The position numbers and the translations under genes were made by a program. Positions 12,661 to 24,330 of a stretch of DNA of 64,000 nucleotides are shown in pieces (positions within the stretch are counted from its first letter, which is position 1; each line of letters opens with the position of its first letter). The stretch is from the NCBI RefSeq assembly GCF_009914755.1, contig NC_060935.1, one strand, 5' to 3'. This stretch comes from the human T2T-CHM13v2.0 reference genome, Homo sapiens. The notes under the pieces are model-generated. The model saw only the letters and a list, made by a program, of their open reading frames with translations. It ran no database searches and was not told the DNA's origin.

Positions 12661-13939
12661 CTGCAGCCGTGGACTAGTAAAGATCTGCTCACCTTTAAGG
12701 CGCAGACACTTCTCTTCCTCAGGCGGACACCCACGGAAGACTCACTCCAGGAGAAATATTGCCTCACTCATTTTTATTCTAAATCGGTATTCAATTTCAG
12801 GATTCATTTATTTGATTTGAGAGTCTTTCTCTTGGATCAAAACAGCATCCAGAGGTCCGGCCTTCAGATGAAACGATCTTCAAGCAAGCAGACACAGCTT
12901 GCGCTCCCTCAGGACTGACCAGAGGCTGTGCTTTGGGGAACTCGGACCACTGCGAAAAATCTGAGAAGTGATGATCGTTCCAGGACTGATCTGACCACCC
13001 GGGGCGTCCAGCATGATTGGTCGGGGTCCTGCCCGCACCCTCTCACCCCTCCACGCAGAGGCACGGTGGGAGAGGCCCCTGCCCACCCCGGATGAGCCTG
13101 AGACTCCAGCCTGAAATGAAGTTGCTGAAATGAGCCCTTTCCCCAGCCGTTCAGCAGCCTAGCTGTTTTACCACTGAAATAAAGTGTCCAATTTATCCTG
13201 CCATTTTGAGGAAGCTGTTTTCAGCTGAGACTCCAGCTGGATTTATTTTTAAAAAAGATTATTCTGCAGACCATGGCCAGAACGTGCTGAGAGGCACCCT
13301 GGGCAGTTTTCCCTCTGGCCGGCTCTTATCCGTCCTCCCCAGCATGGGGAGATGAGGCTGCCTCAGGCGGCCCAGGCCAGGCAGCTGCCAGGGAGGCTGA
13401 GCAGGTCTGGGATGTGCCAGGCAGCTCTATGCCCAGCTCAGCTGGGAACCTGACCCGGAAAGGGCTGGAACCCAAGCCTCACCCTCTCCTGCTCTATTCA
13501 CTGTGGTCAAGGGAGGAAAGAGACCTGGCGGCTGGGCTTGCAGACAGGCTTCTTGCCCCCATTCCTCTTCTCAGTTCTCGTGTATGCCTGGTGGGGTGTT
13601 GACAGGCCCCACTGTGGCTGTGCTGTTTGGCAGACTGCCCTGAGTCTCCCCAGTGCCCATCTCCCTGTAGTCCACGCTGCCCTGGCCTTCCTTGGCCTCC
13701 CGATGGCCCCTGAGTTTACTGGAGTCAAAGGGCCAACCTGCGGACTCAGCACCCTTTCTGCTCCAGGTCTGAGGTTTCTGCTGTGAGTGGTGGCACGCGT
13801 CACACCAGTTCTTAAATATCTTGAATGTGACCCTGCTGGGAGCTGCCCTTGTTCTAAGACTGGGGATGGGGGCAGAGGAGGCAGGAAGGGGATGGAGCTG
13901 CTTGTGGTGGAGAATGGAGTCCCCGACCTTCTCTCGAGG

Positions 13940-14170
13940 CCAGCATCAGCAGACTTCTCCTGGAAAGGGTCAGAGAGCAAATATTTCAGACTTTGTGGGC
14001 CATATGGTATCTCTCACAACTACTAAATGCAGGCATTGTAGCAAACCTTCCATAGACAGTCGCTAAAAGCGTGGGCTTGGCTCTGTTCATTGTGGCCTTG
14101 TGTTCCCATAACACTTTCTTTACAGACGCGGGTGGTAGGCTGGATTTGGTCCCAGGTTCCTGCCCACACC
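13940..14170 (-). mobile_element. MER58A (hAT-Charlie) DNA transposon
   Basis: aaatatttcagactttgtgggccatatggt...ggctggatttggtcc matches the MER58A reverse complement. Confidence 0.85.
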
Positions 14171-14924
14171 AGCCCCAACATGGTGCATGCTGCAGGAAGG
14201 CCAAGGAGGGGGCCCTCCCAGTGTGACAAGTGCACAGGCTGTGAGGAGCATGAGGATGGCTGATGCCGCTCTCTGGGAGTGGGAGAAACCTGCTTTTCTG
14301 CATCCTAGCTTGTGACTTGTCACGTGCCCATAATGGGACACTCTGCCTGCCTCTCGCCATGGCCCCCCGCTGGCCACCTCCTTAGAGTTCACAGTCCAGA
14401 AATACGAGGAGCCCGTGGTGGGAGGGGTCCTCACTGCCTCTTTCTCCTGCTTTGTCTGCTTCCCACCCATGAAACCCTCTCCCTATTCACACCCATTGAC
14501 TGGCTTCTTTAAATTAGAGGAAATTTAATTCCATACAACATGCATGTATCAGATATCTACCTTGTGTTATGCAGTGAGCTGTGCATTGGGGGTACAGCCA
14601 GGAAACAAAACTGTAGTAACAGCAGCAAGGTCAAGACAGTAGTGAAGTCACTGCTGAAGGCACAGCACTGGCTGGGGAGCTGGGGCCAAGCAGGTGGGCC
14701 TGGTTGCTAGAGGGTGGGTCTAGCCCCTTCCTGCTGATCTTCCAGCAAACTGGGCTTCCGCTCCATTCAGAGCAAAATAAGGCATCCGCACGTGGCTCAG
14801 TGTGGCCCTGGCCCCCGCTGGGGCACCCTCTGTGCTGTCCCTTACCCCGCAGAGGTGTGTCTGGTGGAGCTTTTCCACTTTCAATGGCTTTCACACACCG
14901 TGGTGCTCTTGGGCCTGTTACTGG

Positions 14925-15075
14925 CCCAGCCATGTCACCTACCAGCAATGCAGCCTTGGAAATGCGAAGTCAGCTCTCTAAGTCTTGGTTTCTTCACCTG
15001 CAGGTGGGGATCATCGTTCCTGTTTTGTAGCGTTGCTCTAGGATGAAATGAAGTCATGAGTGTGGAGCTCTTATG
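14925..15075 (+). mobile_element. MIR
   Basis: ctctctaagtcttggtttcttcacctgcaggtgggga...aggatgaaatgaag. Confidence 0.7.
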
Positions 15076-15129
15076 TGGTATGGAGCTTTCCTGCCACGTG
15101 GCAATCACTCAATCTGGGGAAATGGCCAT

Positions 15130-15485
15130 TGCTGTAGGCTGAACGTTGGTGTCCCCCCAAATTCCTATGTTAAAACTAATGCCCAAAGTGGTGGTGTTAG
15201 AAGGTGGGGCCTTTCGGAATGATGAGGCATGAGGCACAGCCCTCATGGGTGGGATGAGTGTCCTTATGAAAGAGGCCTGAGAGAGCCCTCGTGCCCTTTC
15301 TACCACCTGAGGACACAGCGAGAAGACGGCTGCTTGTGAATCGGGACGTGGGCCTGCACCAGACACTGAATATACCAGTGCCTTGATCTCGGACTCCCCA
15401 GCCTCCAGAACTGTGAGAAATAAAATTTCTGTTGTTCTACCCAGTTTATTGTATTTTGTTTTGGCAGCTTACATGAGCTATAACA
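15130..15485 (+). mobile_element. MLT1A0-like MaLR solo LTR
   Basis: tgctgtaggctgaa...gccttgatctcggactccccagcctccagaactgtgagaaataaa...taaca. Confidence 0.9.
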
Positions 15486-16128
15486 GGCCTGACAGCTGTC
15501 CTGTGAGGTCTGCAAAGCACGTGTTATCTTCTCCTTTTTACAGAAGAGTTAATGGAGACTTAAGAATAAAGCAACTTGTCCAAGTTAGTAAGTGGCTGAG
15601 TTTCCACACAGATCCATTCCCTTAATAGAGATAAATCATTGTGTTATATCCATAGAATAGCACACTTTGCAGCTATTAGAAAGAACTGGGTAAACACTCT
15701 GCCCATACTGACATAGAGCCTAAGAGTGTGAAGCCCTTACAGCATCCAGGGTCATCACGCCCACCCTCCAGCCAAATACCCAACTATGTCTAATCAGGCC
15801 GTGGTGGTCTCAGGGCAGGCCCTGCCATGGGCTTGTCTTAGAGGCTGCTTTAGGGGCTGTTTCCGGCACAAGAGACAAAAGGGGAGCAGCAGGAGGGGCG
15901 GCCACCTCTGCTGGGAAGGAGGGGAACCGTCTTGAGGACAACAAATTAAACCTAATTAAATCTATGGAAATATTTGATTACACCTGTGTAATTTATTATG
16001 CAAAGTTGCTCTTTCTGACAAATGGAAGCTGCTTCGATAAGTGGGATTGTAACAGAAGGGTTTTCGTCAGGCAAACAAACCCAGCTGGGAGCCTGCCCAT
16101 GGCTATCCTCCCTCAGCATGATACCCCA

Positions 16129-16250
16129 TCATGCAGACTGGGGGAGAGTGCCCAGGGGAAGGAAGGCTCGGTGTCCTGTGTCCGTCGGCTCATGCAGACT
16201 GGGGGAGAGTGCCCAGGGGAAGGAAGGCTCGGTGTCCTGTGTCCATCGGC
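16129..16250. repeat. 61-bp x2 tandem duplication
   Basis: tcatgcagactgggggagag...gtcggc at 16129 and 16190; 1 mismatch. Confidence 0.97.
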
Positions 16251-17409
16251 AAGCCATGAGACCTTAAGCAGGTCCTCTCTCAGCTCTGGAGCAGCCCGTC
16301 CAGCCTTCCTAATAAGAAGGGTCCTGGCATTTGCCCGGTATTTTAACATCCACGAAATGCCTTCACATCCATCATCTTTTGTGATCGTCATCCTAACACA
16401 AAGTTTGAAAAGCCCCTTACTACTACAAATGTTTTCATTGGACCAGTGTTTGTATATTCTTAAAGCCTTTCCTGACAGGTCCTCGCAATGTATCTGTGAA
16501 GTTATGGATGCCGAAGCTCCCCGATCCTTGCTTGATGATGAGAACAGGATAGGAGGGGCAGAAGGGCGGAGAGTCCTGCCACGTTACCCAGCAGAGCTGC
16601 CCCACTGTGGGGCTGAGATTGGAGCTCAGGGATTCTGCCCCTGTTTAGTGCCCTCCTTCTGCTGTTCTCAAGGTCTAAGTCACTGCCCTTTAGCCAGCAT
16701 GGACTTCTGCTCAGTTCCTCTGCTTAGCAGTGTCTAAGGGGCGGGAGGAGCAGGTGCTGTTTCTTTCCAGAAGCAACACGTTGCCGTCGGAAGAATAGGG
16801 GTCTCATAGGACTCCTGGAGCCTGGTTTCGGGCCTGCCATGCATTAGCTGTGAGAACTGTGGTGTTAAAAGTACTCATCACTTTTGAACACCCACATGAG
16901 TTGGGTGTAGTCCGTGTTTCTTAACACTGTGAACTGTTGCTATGAAGCCTGCTCTCCCTGTAAGGAAACCGAGGGTTTGAATGGGAGGTGGTGTGCTCAA
17001 AGCCCCAGGCAGGCTAGCAATCGTGGAGGCTGGGATTTGTCTCGGGGCATCTTTGGGCCAGGCAGCCTCCTCACTGCACCAGGCCTGCAGGAGCTTGGGA
17101 GCTCAGGGCAGGGGAGTGGGGGCACTCCAACACCCTGGGCCTCCTGTTCCCTGGAGGAAGCTGAGGGACATGGCCACAAGGGCCGGCAACTTCTGCTTCA
17201 AGTGGAGGAATGCCCTGAGGAGAGCAGGAGCCCCGCACTGGACCTGGGGAAAGCTCTGGTGATGCACTGGCCCCACATGGCTCGGTGAGTCCCTGAACCT
17301 GCTGGGTGGGCCTGGGGAAGGCGCCCTTTCTTCTGCTGGCTTTAATCAAGACAGGCCCCACTCACTCAGCAGACAGGAAGCCTGCCCGGCTCCATGTTAG
17401 GAAGAGCAA

Positions 17410-17560
17410 TGCATTATAGATCATCTCCTGAGACTCTCATCTTACCGACAAAGACACAGAGGCTCAGAGAGGTTAATTAATTTGCCTAAGGTCACACAGT
17501 AGGTTAATACCCGACTAACAGAACCAAGTGCAGGCCAAGGTGTCCTGGCACCTGGTCAAG
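17410..17560 (-). mobile_element. MIR
   Basis: gaggctcagagaggttaattaatttgcctaaggtcacacag. Confidence 0.85.
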
Positions 17561-19352
17561 AGATGTCTCTATTACCCGAGCTTCCAGATACCTCCCCTTC
17601 TGGTGGTAAAATTGCCAACAGAAGGGGCGAAGCTGTAAAGGTATTAGGACAACTCCATTTAAACCAGGGTTTTTGATACAGTCTTTGGAGGATCTCATGT
17701 AGAACGCTCTCCAGGGCTAACTTCAGTGCAAAGCGTGGAGCTCTCTGCACTCCCCATGCATCCCCAAAGGTCCCCTTATTCCAGGATCCAAAAACTCCTT
17801 CTAAGCCTCAAAAACCCGCAGCAGGACCAGGCTCTGATTTCTTCTGGGACAAAGAACAGCCCCTACTGGGACTGCTCCAAGTATGGAGCTGAGAGAAGAG
17901 AAAGCTCGTTCTGGGACTGGAGTTGCATTTGCCGTAAAGGGGAAGGGGGCCTCTTGACAAGCGCGGGAACCAGCTACAATCCGTTGGTTTAACTGTTTTC
18001 CTTCATCTCGTGTGTTGATGCTTATTATTCGGTTTGTTATCTGATGGTTGTTTAATCTATATTTTGTAATTACTCCCCTTCTGTCTTTCTCTTGGATGGT
18101 CATGCTTTTTTGCTGTCGCATTGAGGCACTGACCTACATTTCCGCAGGCACGGAAGCCAATTATTTCAAGTGGTGTTTTGTGAGGCGACTCCCTGGCTGT
18201 GATTTGGGGGCCCTGTCCCTCTGGTTTGCAGCCCTCCCTGAACTTACTCCACTCACTGGGATCCCTGAAGCCTCAGAGGCCAAAGAAATAGGAAGGACTT
18301 GCCTAGCTGGCCGCTTGCTTCCTAGGGGGTGGGAGGGCAATGGTGGGGATGGGAGTAAGAGAATAAGCTTGGCAGGCAGGGGATGGGGGGTCTGGGGAGG
18401 GGCACGGCAGTGTGATGGTTTCAGGGCTCAATTCACAGCAGGCAGAGTCTGAGTGAGCAGTTGCAAGGCTGGCCATGTCTGCTTGAGCTGTGCATTGGAA
18501 GAATGGGGACCGTGTTCTCCAAGAGAGAACTGTGTATGTTCTAGTGCACTTACAGGCAGAGTGGAAAACCTATTTAAAATTGGGGCTTCTCAGAAAATCC
18601 AGGCCACGCTGTTGCTATTCTTAGGTAGCCCCTTGGGTTTCTGAAGGGAGCATAAAGGGAGAGAGAGCTCTGTGGCTGCACTGCAGGCCTGGCCTTGCCA
18701 TTCCCATGCGGTACAGTCCGCCATCACTCAACCTTTCTGAACTGAAATTGGGATTTATCATGAGGATGTTAATGCCTCAGAGATTACTGTGAAGATCAAA
18801 TGGATTATACTGCAACTAGCCCTTCACTCTCCTGGGCAACAACCTTAGTATCTGAACTTAGGAACTAAAAAGATTAACTAAAATGATATTTTTTTCACAT
18901 CTTAAAAAAAAACTGCTCTCTTAGTACTTGCTATGTATAACTCAAGAACCAGCAGATCCAGATAATGCTGTCCTTGTTACCATAACCCTCACTCTGAAGC
19001 CAGGAGTCAAACGGAGCTGGAGTGCGCAGGGCCTTGTGTGTGAAAGTGCTTTGTGGACTCAAAGTGCTCACAAATATTGGTTTATGCCTTCAGTCACAGA
19101 ACACATGTTTGTTGAGCGCCTGCTGTACCACAAGCATCCTGGCGAGAGCTGGGAACACACGGTAAAGGAGATCCCAGGGTCCCTGCCGTGCCGCGCTCAC
19201 GGGCACTGGGGAGAGACTGACAGGTAAAGCCAGGCAGTGCGGCCACCGCTCCCAGAGGATGCGTCCAGCCTTTCTGCACCCCTGGGGGCGCCTGTGCTGA
19301 AGAGATGGTGAGTAGGCAAAGTCAGGGCATGGGAAGGTCTCTAGGCACACAG

Positions 19353-19499
19353 ATTCATTCATTCATTTGTTCACTCATTCATTCATTCATCCAAAAACTA
19401 TTTGCTGAAACCTGCTGTTCCCGGTGCTGCAGGTAGGGAGGGTGTGGTAGGAGAGGGAACTGCGTTTGCCCCATGGAGCTTGCTTTCTGGCTGGAGGTA
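19353..19499 (-). mobile_element. L2 3' end
   Basis: (ATTC)n tail plus tatttgctgaaacctgctg. Confidence 0.65.
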
Positions 19500-19850
19500 T
19501 GTACTTGTTCAGGTAATGCGAGGTGCTGTAACAGATAAAGCCCCAAATCCCAGTGGCAGAATGCTACATAAATTCATTTTGTATTCATGTAAAATTCAGA
19601 GCGTGTTCACGGAGCTCATCTGCATGAAGACGGCAGAAAGGGGAAGGGAGCCTGGAGGATTGTGTGTGTCTCCTGTGTCACCCTTTGCAGGGGCCTCTGT
19701 GGGTGTCTCTCTGTGTGACGGTGTGACTGCCCCTAGGACACTACAGCCACCTGCTGGTGCTGATCTGGGAGGCCAGGCCTGCAGGCACCCTGCACAGATG
19801 CAGTGGAGCTGTGCGGGGCATGTGCTCCCAGGAGTAGGGCCAGAGGTGAG
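19500..19850 (-). mobile_element. Old MLT1 (J/K-like) LTR fragment
   Basis: gctgtaacagataaagccccaaatcccagtggc is a typical MLT1 terminus. Confidence 0.55.
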
Positions 19851-21613
19851 GGTTTGGGGAGGTGCGGACCTTTATTGAGTTTGACAGGCAATGCCTTCCT
19901 CAGGAATCTGTATCCATCGCATCCCAAGGTCCTGACAGGGTGGAGGCTGCCTATTTGTCATTTTGGGCTCCCCTTGTCCTGGGAAATCCCTGTACAGTAA
20001 GAACACAGCCACTTGGGGCAGTGAACTGGTAGGGTATGTGGAGAGGGGAAGCGGGACAATGGGGCTGGCTGCCCCTCCCGCCACCCTTCCCCACAGTGGC
20101 AGCTCAATGCCACGCACCCCAGCCTGGCTGTCTCTTCATATTCCGTGCTATGCAGAGACCATTGTGAGGCTCACTAAACTCACCCATTCTGAAAGTAAAT
20201 GAGATAAATAACCCTTGATAGGGCAGTGGTGGCAGCACACTGCATCAAATCTGGCGGCTCTGTCATTCGCAGAGCTGGAGGAGACTGCAGTCCCAGGTAG
20301 AGGAATCCAGCAAAGAGTGTTCCCGTGCTGACTCATAGGGCGCTGTATCTGAGCCTTAATGACGGCAGATCAATGGTCTAGAAAGTACAATCCTTTTCCT
20401 AGTAACCAGACAGGCACACATTCTCTCCAGACTCCAGAAGGGAAGCACCAACAATTTTCAATTAGTATTTTACATCCCGCTACTTTGTAATTACAAACAA
20501 TTAGATCAGAACACAGCACAGGTGACACACACGCAGCCGCGCCTGCAAGGGAAGTGGCTCTGGCAGGGCTCGGTGCCAGCACCCTCCCTGCAGATGGAAT
20601 CTCTCTCCTGGAGCAGAGGTCTGTGGGTGGGGAGCTCTGAGGGGTGAGCCCTGTGGAAGGTGCCTCATGCAGGTCCAGGGTGGCAGGTTCAGAGGGGGCT
20701 CAGTTACTGCTGAGGCCTGCGGGTTGCTGTGGGAGGGGCCACCACCCCCTCCCCCTGCCACACAGCCGCACCCAACTGTGTGCCTGAAGACTGGAGCCCC
20801 AGCCCTGTCTCTGTCCTGGTCAATAAGGCGCCCTCTTCTCAGCCTGAGTGCCCGCCTCCAGCCTCAGAGTGGGCATGAGTATTCCTCTTTTCTGTCTCCA
20901 GGGGCTCCTGGGGGCATCGGGGCGAGCCATGGGGGTGGCAGCCTGGTGTGCATCCAAGTTGGTGCTTCTCAAGGGTGAGCTCCTCAGGCCACCTGCGCTA
21001 GCTGGTTGGGTACTTGTTACACCTGCCAGTCCCTGGGCCTGGCCCCAGACACACTGGGTCTGAATCTCTGCAGGTGCGGCCTGAGACTCCACAGACCAAG
21101 TTCCCGGGGTGGATCTTTCACACACGATGGGCAGAATGACAGCCTACGGAACCCCACTAATCCCAAGAACCTATGAATATGCACCTTAGGTAGCAAAAGG
21201 GGCTTTGCAGATGGGATTATGGTTACGGATGGGGATTACCATGGATTATCTGGGTAAACCCAATCTAATCACATAAGTCCTTAAAATAAGAGAATCCTTA
21301 CCAGCTGTATTCAGAGGCAATGGGGAAGGTGTTTTGAATGACACTCTATCAATTTAGCTGGTAACTACTGTCCCAGTTGCTGAGAGGCTTGGACGAAAGA
21401 GCACCAGCAGGGAGTCCATGTCCATGGGGCTTCTGGGACCTCGCCAGTCCTCAGAGGTTGGACCGTGGGCATGGTGTCAATGACACAACCCTAATGTGAA
21501 GATTTAGGAGTTTTTGGCACTTACAGATCTGAGGGAGTACATGGTACATGGAAATCAGGGGCGCAGGCGGAGAGAGAAAAGAGACCTCTTGGCCAACGCC
21601 TTTATTGGGCCCC

Positions 21614-21661
21614 GTGTGTTATCCAAACAGTGCGTTATCCAAACAGTGCATTATCCAAACA
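21614..21661. repeat. 16-bp x3 tandem repeat
   Basis: gtgYRttatccaaaca three times. Confidence 0.95.
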
Positions 21662-21945
21662 GGTTTCCTGTGGGAGCTTTAATCGGTGGGTTCAGAGCAA
21701 GCAGGCACAAGTTCCAGGAGGTCATACTGTGAATGAGAAGTGGTCCCTTTAAGTTCAATGGCAAATGTCTGAATGGTCCTTTTAAAGAAGTGTGGGAAAG
21801 CAAGAGTCCAGCATGGCAGGCAGGAGAGATGCCTCTACATTTTATCTCTGGCCCCTGGCTGAAGCCATTGGGTGGGGTATAGTATTGGGAACTGTGTCAA
21901 GGGTGACAGAGCCCTGCTTCTTGTATGAGAAAGTTAAACTTACTA

Positions 21946-22228
21946 TTTTTTTTTTTTTTGAGATGGAGTCTCACTCTGTTACCCAGACTGGAGTGTAGTG
22001 GCCCATCTCGGCTCACTGCAACCTCCACCTCCCAGGTCCAAGTGATTCTCCTGCCTCAGCCTCATGAGTAGCTGGGACTACAGGCACGTACCACCACACC
22101 TGGCTATTTTTAAATTTTTTATTTTGCCGTGTTGGCCAGGCTCGTCTCAAACTCGAGACCTCAGGTGATCTGCCCACCTCGGCCTCCCAAAGTGCTGGGA
22201 TTACAGGCATAAGCCACCGTGCCTGGCC
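21946..22228 (-). mobile_element. AluSx-like
   Basis: Full Alu with a small deletion near the linker; TSD taaacttac. Confidence 0.95.
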
Positions 22229-22639
22229 TAAACTTACCATATAAACATGGATGCGAAGTCAGCATACAGTTGCAAGCACTCACTATAGAAGGGTCAGAGA
22301 TACAACATGAGAAGGACCCCCTGACCTTGCTGGCTTTGAGGATGGAGGAAGGGGCCAGGGTCTAAGGATGGAGGGTGGCCTCTAGAAGCTGGGGAAAGCA
22401 AGCAGAGTGGGCTCTCCCTTAGCATCTCCAGAAAGAGATGCAGAGACCTGTGGTGTGCACGCACCTGAGACCCATGCTGTGCTGGACTCCTGATCTGCTG
22501 GACTGCAGACAGGGAGTTTGCAGTAGTAAGCCACTACACCATGTGACTTGCTGCGAAAGCAGCAACGGGAACCAGACACACACACTGGGTTCCTCCTGCC
22601 CTCCCCCCTGCCAAGGGTACATTTTACATTTTTAAAATT

Positions 22640-22950
22640 AATTAATTTATCTTAATAGACTTTACTTTTCGAGCAGTTTTAGGTTCACAGAAATACTGAG
22701 TGGAAGGTACAGAGAGTTTCCGGATACCCTCTGCCCCAGTACATGCACAGCCTCCCCCAGCAGCAACATCCTCACCACAGTGGAACATTTCTTACAAGTG
22801 AGGAGTCTTCACTGACATCATCATCACCCAAGGCCCATGGCTGACATCAGAGCACACTCTTGGTGCTGCGCATTCTTTCAGTTTGGTGGAAGGTATAATG
22901 GCACGGATCCACTGTTACAGTCTCATGAGGGACTTTAAGAACCACAGTTT
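22640..22950 (-). mobile_element. L1MC 3' end fragment
   Basis: agcagttttaggttcacagaaa...ggtacagagagtttcc is an L1MC 3' UTR signature. Confidence 0.8.
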
Positions 22951-23229
22951 CTAGATAAACTAACATGAGGGTCACACCTGAGGTCTGGACACCCTGAAAA
23001 CAGCCCCATGTGACTGAGGGACAACAGTCCTCATTTCCTTCTTCCCTGAGCAGACACAGCATCCAAGCCAGTGAGCACTCACAGCCCTGTTGACTTAATG
23101 AGGGTCATGTTATCTGTTTCCTTCGTGGGCAGGCCAAAGGTCCTAAAGGGTATGAGCACTGTGTAGGTTATCTTTGAACCCATTTGATTGTTCACTTGCT
23201 CATTCATTCATCAAGAGTGACTGAGCAGA

Positions 23230-23656
<427 letters not shown>

Positions 23657-23899
23657 TCACGTTCAAAGAACGGACCTGGAAGCTGGAGAAATATGTTGTA
23701 CGGAGCTAGATGTAATCAAGTGACTATGTGGTAGCCTGCAGGAAGTTCAAGGGGGAAGTGGTGAGCTCTCTAGATACAGTAGGGTTTTCTAAGAATAGAA
23801 AATGTCAGGGTGGACAGCCAGCAAGGGCAGAGGGAACAGAGGTGCCCAGGCACAGAGGAGGCTGAATCTGTTGTCACTTACCTGCTTTCTTAAAGTTGT

Positions 23900-24330
23900 C
23901 TCTCCGTCACCCCACAATGTGCTGAAAACATCTGACTTCACTTTTTCAGCCGCTTTTCTGGCTAGGTCATGGGAGGATGCCCCATCCTGAGCCAAAGGTT
24001 GCTGCAAGAAAGTCAGATGGGACTTTTGGAAAAGGTTTTCTTCTGAATAAGACAGCTGGAAGAAAACACTGCTCTTCTCACTCTTGGACGTGGCCATGTC
24101 TACATTCTGAGCTGGCAGTGGCTTCAGCAAACATGCAGGGAGAGGGCTGCAGTCTCTGAGGGCAGCAGGGCAGAAAGCCTGCGTGCAGCCCCCGATGCAA
24201 CCACTCAGTGGCTGCATGAACCCGAGCACTGGCCTGCATCCGAGCGTCTAGTTGGAATCTGAAATAGTGATTGTGCCCATAGATTGTGTCCCCATTATGG
24301 GGATTTCCCGTGACCTGCAGCCCAGCAGGT
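23900..24330 (+). mobile_element. LTR33/LTR16-like old ERVL LTR
   Basis: Degenerate similarity (gggacttttggaaaaggttttc...gtgacctgcagccc). Confidence 0.45.

Larger units (their letters stand above)
21321..22287 (-). mobile_element. ERVL-class LTR (MER54/MER73 group; subfamily uncertain)
   Basis: Reverse complement reads tatagtgagtgc...gtttaactttctcatacaagaagcagggctctgtcacccttgacacag. Confidence 0.7.
21126..22580 (+). mobile_element. MLT1D-like LTR split by an ERVL LTR (pieces 21126-21320 and 22288-22580)
   Basis: gggctttgcagatgggatt...ggattatctgggtaaaccc on the left; gctggctttgaggatggagg...cctctagaagctgg on the right. Confidence 0.8.

Noticed and set aside
13098-13237. Direct repeat ctgagactccagc and repeated ctgaaat
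   Set aside because: Too short to distinguish from chance or old slippage; no element identifiable between the copies
15964-16737. 257-aa ORF, the longest non-VNTR ORF
   Set aside because: No recognisable domain; spans a frame-shifting 61-bp duplication and probable MIR sequence; consistent with chance
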